From Torpedo marmorata (taxonomy: Eukaryota), in contig OZ360238.1 of NCBI GenBank assembly GCA_977017645.1, forward strand, positions 62,434,001 to 62,498,000: a stretch of 64,000 nt of DNA, given 5' to 3'. Positions 24,527-36,934 of this stretch are shown piece by piece (positions within the stretch are counted from its first letter, which is position 1; every line of letters begins with the position of its first letter). Under the pieces are notes generated by a model, which saw only the letters and a list, made by a program, of their open reading frames with translations, was not told where the DNA came from and made no database searches. Position numbers and translations under genes: made by a program.

Positions 24527-25370
24527 TTCAAGTCAAGTCAAGTCAAGTCACCTTTATTTGTCGTTCATTACCATATATACAGTAAGACAAGATAACGTTT
24601 CTCCAGGACCATGGGCTGATGTACATAAATATCATAATACAATAAAAAAACTGATAACATGCTAATACACATATATATATATAAATTGAGAAGCCTGATG
24701 GCTTGGGGGAAAAAACTGTTGCACAATCTGGACATACGAGCCCGAGTGCTTCGGTACCTCCTTCCAGATGGCAAAAGGGAAAAAAGTTTACAAAAGGGGT
24801 GTGAGAAGTCCTTCACAATGTTATTCGCCTTTCCTCATGCATCGTGTGTTGCAGATGTCCGTCATGGTGGGAAAAGAGACAGCAATAATTTTCTCCACTG
24901 ACCCCACTATCCTCTGCAGGGCCTTTCAGTCCGAGATGGTACAGTTTCCGAACCAAGCGGTGATGCAATTGCTCAGAATACTCTCAATACATCCCCTGTA
25001 GAATGTAGTAAGGATAGAGGGTGGAAGATGAACTTTCCTCAGCCTTCGCAGGAAGTAAAGACGCTGCTGGGCTTTCTTGACTATGGAACTGGTGTTGAGG
25101 GACCAGGTGAGATTCTCCGCCAAGTGCACTCCAAGAAACTTGGTACTCTTTACGACCTCAACGGTAGAGCCGTCCATGGTGTATCGAGAATGATCCCCCC
25201 GGGCCCTCCTGAAGTCGACAACCAACTCTTTCGTCTTATTTACATTCAGATGCAGGTTGTTGGCTCCGCACCATTCCATTAGTGACTGCACCTCATCTCT
25301 GTATGCTGACTCATCGTTCTTGCTGATAAGGCCCACCACGGTAGTATCATCAGTGAACTTGATGATGCGA
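24527..25370 (-). mobile_element. Rex1/Babar LINE 3' part, (GACTT)n tail subfamily
   Basis: KFTDDTTVVGLI RT end; KKAQQRLYFLRRLRK; LLPSGRRYRS. Confidence 0.9.
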
Positions 25371-26440
25371 TTCCAGATCTTCTGAAATGTCTGCCTTTTT
25401 CCATAAATGTGGCTTCCCCTCCACCACCATCAACTCAGCCTTCACCCGCATCTCCTCCATTTCCCGCTCATCTGCCCTGGCCCCCTCTGCCCCCAGACGC
25501 AACAAACATAGAATCCCCCTCATCCTCACCTACCACCCCACCAGCCTCCGCATCCAACACATTATCCGCCGGAATTTCCGGCACTTACTACAGGATCCCA
25601 CCACCAGACACATTTTTCCTTCTCCTCCCCTCTCGGCCTTCCGTAGGGACCGCTCCCTCTGCGATTCACTCATGCACTCATCCCTCCCCACCCATCGCAC
25701 CCCCGGAACCTTCCCCTGTGCCCGCAGGAGGTGCAACACCTGCGCCCACACCTCCCCCCTCACCACAGTCCAGGGCCTTCCAAGTGAAACTACACTTCAC
25801 TTGTACATCCAGAGGACTTATTTACTGCATCCGGTGCTCCCTTTGTGGCTTTCTATACATTGGAGAGACTGGTCGTAGATTGGGAGACCGCTTTGCTGAG
25901 CACCTCCTCTCCGTCCGCAACAACAGCGACCTCCAAGTAGCCAACCATTTCAATTCCGAGTCACACTCCCACACTCAAATGTCTGTCCATGGCCTTATGT
26001 ACTATCCCACCCAGACTACCCGCAAATTGGAGGAACAACATCTCATTTTCCGTCTGGGCACTCTCCAGCCAGATGGCATTAACATTGACTTTTCTGCTTT
26101 CCACTAAACCTGCTTGTCGTTTCCTTCCCCTCCCCCCTCACCTGTCCTTCCAATTTTTTTTCCACCCACCCAGCCATCCCTCCTCCCCCTCTTTGCTACT
26201 GTCCCCTCCCTTCTTTCTCCACCTATCATCTCCTGCCTTTGCCACCCCCCCTTCCCCCCTCACTCTTTTGTTCGGACGCCTGACGGCATTTTCTCATACT
26301 TTGATGAAGGGCTCAAGCCCGAAACGTCGGTTATGTATTTCTACCTTTGCTACATAAAAGACACTGTTTGACCTGCTGAGTTTCTCCAGCACTTGTGTTT
26401 TTTACTTCAACCACGGTGTCTACAGATTTTCGTGTTTTAC
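25371..26440 (+). mobile_element. Penelope-like element 3' part (RT C-terminus, GIY-YIG, 3' end)
   Basis: GLIYCIRCSLCGFLYIGETGRRL; close to identical to the palindrome arms; complete 3' end CAGATTTTCGTGTTTTAC. Confidence 0.92.
26295..26335 (+). ncRNA. Minimal hammerhead-ribozyme-like motif
   Basis: CATACT-TTGATGA-A-GGGC-TCAA-GCCC-GAAAC-GTC-GGTTATG. Confidence 0.65.
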
Positions 26441-26844
26441 TTTTATTCCTGTCAGAAGCAGACCTGTGGGTGCAAGGCACAGGGAATATGAAGAATAGGA
26501 AGAGAGTGTTCCTGCAAATCATGAGGCATATGCTAAAATGTATTGGTGTTGTATTTTGTAATGAAAATCGCTTTTGTGAGTTAGATGTTTAATCGCATAG
26601 ATCAGAACAGAAAGGTACTGGGAAAGCAGAAGTGAAGGGATCCATATGGATATATACCAGGAGTGAGTGCCATTGGAATGAGATCCTTGCAGCCATTCAG
26701 ATATAGTCTGCCCAAATCCTCCTGTGGATGGATCAACGAGACCTACCAGGAGACGTGATTATCTGATGTTAATCTGATTTTATCCCAATATCAGACATAG
26801 ATAATCTTCTGTCATGTCATTGAATATGAATTGCTGCATGTGAT

Positions 26845-28495
26845 GCCCAATGTCGCCTGATGATCCTCTGCTGTCAGTATCTGACGATGACGTGCGGGCT
26901 GCCTTCAGGAGAGTGAATCCAAGAAAAGCATCTGGTCCAGACGGAGTACCCAGCCGAGTACTGAAAACCTGTGCTGGCCAACGTATTCACGGATATCTTC
27001 AACCTCTCAGTCCGGCAGGTCATGGTACCCACCTGTTTCAAACAGGCCACAATCGTACCAGTGCCCAAGAACAGTGTAGTAACCTGCCTTAATGACTATT
27101 GACCAGTGGCACTAACATCCACAGTGATGAAGTGTTTTGAAAGACTGGTGTTGAAGCATATCAGCTCCTGTCTGTGTGGCGGCATGGATACGTTCAAATT
27201 CGCCTATCATAGCAACAAGTCTACGGCAGATACCATCTCACTGGTTCTACATAAAGCCCTGGAACACATGGACAGCAAAGATGTATACATCAGGATGCTC
27301 TTTATCGACTACAGATTCAACACCATCATCCCCTCAAAACTGATCAGCAAACTCCAAGACCTGGGCCTCAATACCCCATTGTGTAATTGGATCCTGGATT
27401 TTCTCACCCCAAACTCCATTCAGTGAGGATTGGTAAGAACATCTCCTCCACAATCTCCATCAGTACCCGAGCACCACAGGGCTGCGCTCTTAGCTCCCTG
27501 CTCTACTCGCTTTACACCTATGACTGTGTGGCTTGGTACAACAACAACACCATCTATAAATTTGCTGACGATACCACGGTAGTGGATTGTATAATAAAGG
27601 GCAATGAGTCAGCATACAGAAGGGAGATTGAAAATATGGCTGAATGGTGCACTAATACTGTAACAACCACACACTTAATGTCATCAAAACCAAGGAGCTG
27701 ATTGTGGACTTTAGGAAGGGAAAACCAGAGGCGTATGATCCAGTGATCATTGGGGGATCAGAGGTGGAGAGGGTGAGCAAATTTAAATTCCTGGGAGTCA
27801 CTATCTCAGAAGATCTTTCCTGGATCCAACACACTAATGTTATCGTGAAGAAAGCACATCAGCGCCTCTAGTTCCTCAGGATTTTGCGGAGGTTTGGTAT
27901 GATATGGTAAACCTTGGCAAACTTCTACAGATGTGTAGTGGAAAGTGTTTTGACCAGCTGCATCAAGGCCTGCCATAGAAGCACCGATACCTCTGAGCAG
28001 AAAGCCCTGCAAAATAGAGTGGACACAATCCAGTCCATCACAGGCAATACTCTCCCCACCATCGAGGAAATCTACAAAGGAGCGCTGCCGTCAGAGAGCA
28101 GCAGCATTCATCAAGGATCCACACCACCCAGCACACCCTCTGTTCTCACTACTACCATCAGGAAAGAGGTATAGGTGCAACAAGACTTGCACCACCAGGT
28201 TCAGGAACAGCTGCTACCCCTCCACCACCACACTCTTCAACAACAATCAGACTCATTTAGGGACTCTTACTTTGCCCATTATTTATTACTGAATATTTAT
28301 TTTCTTCTGTATTGCACAGTTTGTTTACATTTCTTTCTTTGTTTACATTTCTCTCTTTTGTATACGTATCTTTTCTTGTGTACAGATTTTTTTGCACTAG
28401 CGATAAGTAGAAATTCTGCCTGGCCTGCAGGAAAAAGAATCTCAGGGTTGTATGTGATGTCATGTGTGTTCTCTGACAATAAATCTGAAATCTGG
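26845..28495 (+). mobile_element. Rex1/Babar LINE, RT through 3' end, degraded
   Basis: [48 protein letters not shown]; TCTGAAA tail. Confidence 0.92.
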
Positions 28496-29204
28496 ATTTA
28501 GGCAACTTGCGCAAAGTGACCACATTTTCAGAATTAATGCCGAGAGTTCTGCGTGATCCAATTTCTTACTGATACCTTCTTTTCCCTTTCACTCCTTTCC
28601 AGTTTGCTTGGGGAAAAAATCCAGGTAAAATTCAGGGACTTTAGACTTTGATCTTGAGACAAAGGAAGTTACCAGATGGTGTCCATTGCCCAAACGGTAA
28701 CTTAAGAAAGCTATGTCTGATTGTTTCAAAGTTATAGAGAGACCAAATGGGCCAAGATAAGAATGCAATGCATGCCTCAATGGGTCAGTAGGGCAGAAGG
28801 TAGCAAAGGGCCATGAATAACAAGCCTACCATCTTTAACACTGCCTGAGATCATTGGGAGGATAACCTGAATCTGAGAAAACATTGTGGATAAATGGTTG
28901 GAACAACATTTTATTGCCATCACTGCTGGATATTGCGGATAGCTAGTTAGGGATAATAGAGCAGATGAAAGTCCATTTAGTGTCATAGGAGTCTGAGGAT
29001 TTTGGTCAGGGTTTGTTAGTGAAGAACCTTCTGTTGCTTATTTACTGAGAACCACCTGTTAGACTTTCGCCTTCCTGGGACAGATAGGATGTGTGTGTTC
29101 AGGCTTGTAAGGAATTTCAGGAATTGCGCAGATAGCGGGCTTTAATACAAACAAGAATCCATCTTCAACAGAAACCTTCACAAATGTAAACTACAAGCAA
29201 TGGT

Positions 29205-29490
29205 AAACACACCGAAATGCTGGAGGAACTCAGCCGGTCTTTTCAGCATTTAAAGGAGACAAAGATATATTGCCGACGTTTCGGGCCTGAGCCCTTCTTC
29301 AAGGAAAAATCAGAAAGGGCAGAAGCAGGATATATCAGAAAGTCTCAGAATTCAAACAATGGGGGAGGAATCCAGACCAACAAAAGATGTTAATTGAATG
29401 TGATAAGGGACTACGTGAGAATTTGTCATGTCTGTGCGAAAGGAGGCAGGGAATGGAGAGAAGACAGGGAAGAAGTGGGTGGGGGTGGTT
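29205..29490 (-). mobile_element. Non-coding PLE 3'-end element (second subfamily) with hammerhead-like motif at 29268-29306
   Basis: ATGCTGGAGGAACTCAGC block; reverse complement CC-TTGAAGA-A-GGGC-TCAG-GCCC-GAAAC-GTC-GG. Confidence 0.72.
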
Positions 29491-29815
29491 TTGATCAAGT
29501 TTGAAATTAAAATTACTTTTATAAACAAACAGTACTGTCTATGGACAACAGGCTGCTGGTCCAGAGCAGGAGGCTGCTCAAGAGAAGTGATTTGCAAATT
29601 GACATGACCATGATACTTTTTCATATGCATCAGCCAAACAATGCGGGCATGTTAATTAACCTGCATCAAACCAAACATCAGACACCTACAGCTGAGTTAA
29701 TTTGCAATGTTGTGATGGAGATCAGGAAAGTTCCAGACCAGACTTCAGACACGTCAAACATGGTCATATGTATTCTGCTCTGTCTGTCAATACTTGGGAT
29801 ATTTGTATACCCAGA

Positions 29816-30157
29816 TATGTTTTTTACATAGAACTTACGTTTTATTTCCGTTCTGAAGTGTCTCCCTACCTTCCGGGAGTGGCCGTTCACACAGGAACGA
29901 ACAAAACTCCAAATATCCATATCACACCGTGAGTTTAGACAGAATACCTGAAGTGCAGTATTTACGTTCTATTCATTAGCCCGTTGCTGCGGATCGCCTG
30001 CAGTTCAGTTTAGACTGCAGGCGATCCGTAAAAATATCTAGGGGTCGAGGAGGTAAAATTTCAGAACGGAAATTCCCGTTACAAACTTTTTACACAGACT
30101 GCGTTCCGGAAAATTGGGAATAATTTCCCGGAACGCAGCAGCTGTGTAAAACACATA
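29816..30157. mobile_element. Hairpin-rich MITE-like element
   Basis: Imperfect terminal inverted repeat TATGTTTTTTACATAG / CTGTGTAAAACACATA; internal stems at 29990-30028 and 30088-30151; ATTTCCGTTCTGAA / TTCAGAACGGAAAT pair. Confidence 0.55.
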
Positions 30158-30775
30158 AGAGAGTCACCCCTCATAACTCTAATTTGGGCATCTGGGTGCG
30201 CTGTCTTTAGAAGATATGAGACCATTCATGTGAATTACTTTGTCCCAGCAAAGATGTTTGCTACTCAAAGGAGTCTTGTCACTTGCAGTGTTCTCTAACT
30301 GTAAATATGCGATTCAATGAAATCATTTGTCAAACTCAAAATATTGAATAAGCAATGGCATTGTCACTACAAAAGCCAATGTACTTTCAGTTCAGGGAGA
30401 TTCTACTGAGAGTGTCTCCAAAAGATTATATGCTTGTGATGAAAAAAGACCTACATCTCCCAGCTTCAGTCTCTGTGTGCCAGAGTCACAGTCATGATAG
30501 GGACACATTTTTGGCCATTTAATTTTTATTCTATAAGAAGCTAGTCATTTTGAACAAGGTGAATAAATTAGGAAAATTACTAATTTAGTAAATAAAGTTC
30601 GATCCAACAGTTGTTGTGCTTGAAAATTAATTAATTATGGAAATATTTGAAGAAATATAAACATTATTAATTGTGGCAAAAAGTAATTGCACATTTGATC
30701 AAACCCTTTCACCATTGCTACAAGTTACTTAATTTCTAATGCGAATGTCCAATTTTACAAACAATGCTGTTTGCA

Positions 30776-31888
30776 GATCAGAATCAGAATTTATTGTCAA
30801 GACAAGTCAAGTCACCTTTATTTGTCGTTCATTACCATATACACAGTAAGACGAGATAGCGTTTCTCCAGGACCATGGGCTGATGTACATAAATATCTTA
30901 ACACAATAAAAAAAAACTATAACATGCTAATACACATATATATCTAAAAATTGAGGAGCCTGATGGCTTGGGGGAAAAAACTGTTGCACAATCTAGACGT
31001 TGGAGCCCGAGTGCTTCGGTACCTCCTTCCAGATGGCAAAAGGGAAAAAAGTTTACAAAAGGGGTGTGAGAAGTCCTTCACAATGTTATTAGCCTTCCTC
31101 ATGCAACATGTGTTGTAGATATCCGTTATGGTGGGAAGAGAGACACCAATAATTTTCTCCGCTGAACCCACTATCCTCTGCAGGGTCTTTCGGTCAGAGA
31201 TGGTACAGTTTCCAAACCAAGCGGTGATGCAATTGCTCAGAATACTCTCAATACATCCCCTGTAGAATGTAGTAAGGATAGAGGGTGGAAGATGAACTTT
31301 CCTCAGTCTTCGCAGGAAGTAAAGACGCTGCTGGGCTTTCTTGACTATGGAACTGTTGTTGAGGGACCAGGTGAGACTCTCCGCCAAGTGCACAGTCATG
31401 AAATTCGGTGTTTTGCGGTACCATCATTGTGCAAACATTCATATTATAACCATCTTATGACATTACTATAAAAAAATATAAATAATAGTGCACGAAAAGT
31501 AAGGCAGTGTCTTTGGTTTATTGATCATTCAGGAATCTGATGGCAGTGGGGAAGAGGCTGTCCTTGTGCCGTTGAGTGCTCGTCTTTAGGCTCCTGTACC
31601 TTTTTCCCACCCTGTCGCACTCACATCTACCGTCATGAAGTGCTTCGAGAGGCTCGTCATGAGGCACATCAAGCTTCTGCTGCACCCGTCACTGGACCCC
31701 CTGCAGTTCGCATATAGATCAAACCGCTCCACAGATGATGCCATCATTACCACCCTCCACTATTATTTATAATTTTTTGTAGTAATGTCGTAAGATGGTT
31801 ATAATATAAATGTTAATTGCACTATGATGCTACCGCAAAACACCGAATTTCATGACTTGTTCATGACAATTGATTCTGATTCTGATTC
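30776..31888. mobile_element. Composite of Rex1 fragments: GACTT-tail copy (about 30800-31392, minus) inside a TCTGAT-tail 3' end, plus an inverted RT/3'-end piece (about 31608-31888, plus)
   Basis: ORF 30944-31399; [16 protein letters not shown] on the plus strand from about 31610; tails in both orientations. Confidence 0.8.
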
Positions 31889-31894
31889 ACTACT

Positions 31895-34800
31895 CTTCTT
31901 GGATGATTGATGCCCTTTTGAAGCAGGTGGGAACCTCTGACTGCCGCAATGAGAGGTTGAAAATGTCCGTGAACACTCCGGCTAGTTGGTTGGCACAGAT
32001 TTTCAGTATCCTGCCAGGTACGCCGTCAGGGCCTGACGCCTTGCAAGGGTTCAACCTCTTTTTTAAAAAAAATATTTTATTTAAAATTTTTAAATCACAC
32101 AATACATAGTTACATGTGATACATTTTCACCCCCCCTCCCTCCCTCCCTCCCTCCCTTCCCTAACCATCCCGAAAAAAAGAAACTAATTTTATTGTGGAA
32201 CACAGGTTCACCAGTCAGATCCAATATCCGGAGATCTTCAAATCGTTAAACCGACAGTTTTTATATATGGGCTCCATATTTTCAAAAAGAAATGATATTT
32301 ATTACGTAAATTATAAGTAATTTTTTCAAGTGGTATACATGAACGCAATTCTGCATGCCATCTTTCTAACCCTAAATCTACATCCGACTTCCATGTAATG
32401 GCAATACATTTCTTAGAAACAGCTAAAGCAATACGTAAAAATTCTGTTTGATACATATTTAATTTCATTTTAACACTGATTCTTTTAATATCTCCAAACA
32501 AAAATATCATAGGATCCATTGGGAGTGTAATTCTTAATACTTTATCTAGAAACTTTTTAACTTTCAACCAAAAATCATATATCTTTGGACAAAGCCATGT
32601 AGAATGTACAAAAGAACCTTCCTCTCTATTACATCTAAAACATAAGCCGGATAATGGTGGATTAAATTTCTTTAATTTTTTAGGTGTTAAATATAATTGA
32701 TGAAAAAAATTATATTGCACCAATCTATATCTAACATTAATAATCTTCGTCATACTTTGTTTACATAATTCTTTCCAATGTTCTTCATCTATTGTTATGT
32801 TCAAATCTGTTTCCCAATTTAATCTTGATTTATGAATTCCTGGTTTAGGCATTTTCTTCTGTAACAATCTATACATTTGAGAAATAAATTTATTAACACC
32901 TCCATTAGTAACTAATAATTCCAATTCACTCTGTCTTGGTAAAATCAAACTATGGCCCAACCTTTCAACTAAAAATGCTCTGATTTGATAGTAAGCGAAG
33001 ATTGTATTATTTGCTACATTAAACTTATCTTTCATTCTTTGAAACGTAATAAATTTACCAGCTTCAAAACAATCATTTATTTCCTTAATTCCCTTTTGGA
33101 ACCAAATTTTAAATAATTGATTATCAACAGTAAATGGGATAAGTTTATTTTGATAAGAGGCATTTTTCGAGAAATTGACCATTTCGCTCCTACTTCTCTA
33201 CCACTCTATTCCATATTTCTAACAAATGTCTAAAAATAGGAGAATTTTTCCCTCTTGTTAATAATAATTTAGAATTCCATTTATAAATAACTTCTTCTTT
33301 CAAATCCTCTCCTATATTATTTAATTCTATTCTAATCCAAGCAGAGAGTTTTCCTAAATCTAACATTTCATTAATAAATTTTAATTGGGCTGCTTTATAG
33401 TAATATTGAAAATTAGGAAGTTGTAGACCACCCATTTCATAATTCCAAGTTAATTTCTCCATACCTACTCTAGCCAACTTTCCTTTCCACAAAAATTTCC
33501 TAATAATTAAATTTAAATCTTTAAAAAATTTTTTGGGAATTTCATAAGGAATTGATTGGAAAAGATATTGAATTCTCGGAAAAACATTCATTTTAATACA
33601 ATTTACCCTTCCCATTAGAGTTATAGGTAAATCCTTCCAACTCTCCAGATCTTTTTTTATATTCACAAATAATGGTAAATAGTTTAATTTATACAGATTA
33701 GTTAATTTTATATCAATCTTTATTCCCAAATATTTAATTCCTTCCTTTGACTATTTAAATTGTGTAATTTCTTTACATTGTGATAAAGGCATAATTTCAC
33801 TTTTATCTGAATTAATCTTATAACCAGATATTTCCCCATATTCTCAATAAAACAGACAATTGCATTAAAGAATTAATAGGTTTTGTCATATATATCAATA
33901 CGTCATCTGCAAATAAACTAATTTTGTGCTCTTCATTACCAACTTTAATACCTGCAATCTTAATATCTTGTCTAATTAATTCTGCTAAAGGTTCTATTGC
34001 TAAAATAAACAATGCTGGCGATAAAGGACAACCTTGTCTAGTAGACCTAGTTGAGGAAAATTTTGAAGAAATTAGTCCATTTGTGACCACTCTAGCAGAA
34101 GGTTCTTTATATATAGTTTTAATCCAATTAATAAATGTATTTCCAAAACCAAATTTTTCCAGTACCTTAAATAAATAATTCCACTCTAATCTATCAAAAG
34201 CCTTTTCAGCTTCTAATGTTAATACTAATGCCAATTCCTCTCTCTTTTGTGCCACATTTATTAAGCTAATTAATCTAGCGATATTATCTTTTGAATATCT
34301 GTTCTTAATAAAACCTGCTTGATCTACATGAACTAAATCTGGTAAATATTTAGCCACTCTATTTGCTAAAATTTTCGCCATTATCTTATAGTCCACATTT
34401 AACAACGAAATTGGTCTATATGATTCTGTTTTCAACAAGTCTCTATCCTTTTTAGGTATAACTGTTATTATTGCATTTGAAAAGGTTTCCGGTAGTGAAT
34501 GAGTTTCCGTTATTTGTTTTAACACCTCCATATAAGGAGGTATCAATAAGTCCTTAAATTTTTTATAAAATTCTGATGGGAAACCATCTTCCCCCGGAGA
34601 TTTTCCACTTGTTAAAGAGCTTACAACCTCATTAACTTCTCTCATCGTAAATCGTGAATCTAAAAATTCTTTACTATGTGTATTTAACCTAGGCATCTTA
34701 ATTTTGGATTAAAATTTATTAATTTTAGAATCATCTTTATCGACTTGATATGTATATAAATTTAAATAAAAATCCTTGAAAGAATCATTTATTTCTCGCG

Positions 34801-35790
34801 GTTTATAAGTTATTTTCTTAGAATTCTTTTTTATAGCCGTTATAGTTCTAGAGGTTTGTTCTTTCTTTAATTGCCAGGCTAAAACTTTATGAGCTCTTTC
34901 TCCCAATTCATAATACCTTTGCTTAGTTCTTTCAATTAGTTTTTCCATTTTATATGTTTGTAACATATTATAATATAATTTTTTCTCTATTAAATGTTTC
35001 CTCTTTTCTTCTGATCTCTTTATTTGTAAATCCTTCTCCAAAAACTCAATCTCCTTCTCCAAATTATCCAATTCCTGAGTATATTCCTTCTTAATTTTTG
35101 CTGAATAACTTATTATTTGACCTCTTAAATAAGCTTTCAAAGCTTCCCAAATTGTAAATTTATTATCAATGGAATCAGAATTAATCTGTAAGAATTCTTG
35201 GATTTCTCTTCTTATATAATTACAAAAATCCACTCTTTTCAGTAAAGAAGAATTAAATCTCCATCCATATATAATTTTTTCTTTTTCTGGAATTATACAT
35301 GACACTAATGAGGGTTCAACCTCTTGAATGATGTTCTGATGTCGCCCTCAGAGACAGATTTCACAGGGTCCTCAGCCTTTTCAGGGATTCTAGTAGGCAC
35401 TGTTTGGTTCTTCTTCTCAAAGTGGGCATAGAAGGTGTTCAGCTCATCGGGTAGTGAAGCATCACAGCTGTCTATAGTGTTCGCCCTCGCTTTGTAGGCT
35501 GTAATGGCCTGCACTCCCTGCCATAGCTGGCGTGTATCTGTCTCTGTCTCTAGCTTCCTCCGGAATTGCCACTTTGCTTCAGAGATGGCCTTCCGCAGGT
35601 CGTGCCTGGACTTCTTGTAAAGATCCCGGTCCCTGGCCTTAAACGCCCTTGTTCTCGCCCTCAGAAGGTTGCGAATTCTCTGATTCATCCAGGGCTTCTG
35701 GTTGGGGAACACCCGGTATTTGCGTGTGGGCACACACTCATCCACGCAGGTCTTGATGAAGTCGGTGACACCTGTTGTGTATTCATTCGA
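31895..35790 (-). mobile_element. Rex1/Babar LINE mid-region, split by an L1 (pieces 31895-32060 and 35311-35790)
   Basis: FPNQKPWMN...LPDELNTFYAHF...KRLNP in one piece and [14 protein letters not shown] in the other. Confidence 0.88.
32061..35310 (-). mobile_element. L1-clade LINE, 5'-truncated ORF2 with frameshifts
   Basis: WRFN, KSPGEDGF, YRPISLLNVDYK, TRQGCPLSP, FADDVL, CFRC; TSD AGGGTTCAACCTCTT at 32046-32060 and 35311-35325. Confidence 0.95.
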
Positions 35791-36532
35791 TTAAGAAAGA
35801 AATCATCATGGAAAACAGACTCTGGAAATCTTAGGCAAGACTTATGGTATCAATGTATAAAAGATTCTTTATGAAACATGAATGTATTTTTGCCAAGAGA
35901 GAAACCAGAAATTGCCACAAATTCCAGCATAAATTATGTAAACATTGAGAATACAGGTACTTTATTAGTGAGGTTGTAGCAAGACAGCATAATGGAGAAT
36001 TATATGGTCGATTAAATCACTAGGTATATTTCCATTTATGATCAATTTTAACATCGCAAGCAGCAAGTTGAAGTGGAATAGATCCTGAATTACTATCTAT
36101 GAAACAATCAGGAAGTAAAGGCATGATTGTACATGAGTAAGTTTGCCTTAGACAGAAGGTGAAAAATACAGTGGCAATGCTTATCACTATTTTTTCAATT
36201 GATTAAACCTGTCAGAATTTTACAAACACCCATTAGAGATTTTATTCTCCTGCATTCACCGGGTTAATTTGGGGTTTAATAACATTTGTTAGCATCAAAT
36301 AAATTTGGAGTGGGTCATTTCAACTTGTTCAAAGAATGAAAAAGTAAATTAGTTAAGAAGAATGACAGTCTGACAATTTACACAATATTATTCCCATTGT
36401 TTTCAAAACTTTAACATCTCAACATCTTGCATTCCAACATTTCTGCTAATTGTCCCAGCACTTGTCTACCTTTATAATTAAATTTTGACATCCCTGCCGT
36501 TTTTCAGATTCACCCTTTTCAGTCAAGGTCAA

Positions 36533-36850
36533 TTTTTTTTTTTATTTCCAAAAAATAAACTTTATTCGCAATAAATTATATACAAGACAAAACCAGACAA
36601 AAAAACTGTTCAAGACTTTACATTCATAGTTTCAATCCTCTTGAGTAAGTTATTTACAAAACATGCTCAAAACTTTTACGTATTGTCAGTCATGTCATAT
36701 TGAGTAAGTTCTTTAAATTACAGGAAAAATAGTTCACAAGCTTTTTACATCGTGTCACTCATCACATCAGTGTACATTTCATGTTTTACCTTGTTGCCTT
36801 AACACTCGGTCCCCACCCCTGTGGCATCTTGTTGTTACTCCCTCCCTCTC
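36533..36850 (-). mobile_element. Poly(A)-tailed retroposon 3' end (L1/Tx1-like)
   Basis: Poly-T run followed by AAAAAATAAACTTTATT (AATAAA on the minus strand) and short tandem repeats. Confidence 0.5.
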
Positions 36851-36852
36851 TA

Positions 36853-36934
36853 GGTTATGTATTTCTACCTTTGCTACATAAAATACACTGTTTGACCTGC
36901 TGAGTTTCTCCAGCATTTGTGTTTTTTAGTTCAT
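36853..36934 (+). mobile_element. PLE terminal fragment starting at the predicted hammerhead cleavage site
   Basis: GGTTATGTATTTCTACCTTTGCTACATAAAA...CAGCATTTGTGTTTTTTA nearly identical to 7999-8074. Confidence 0.85.
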
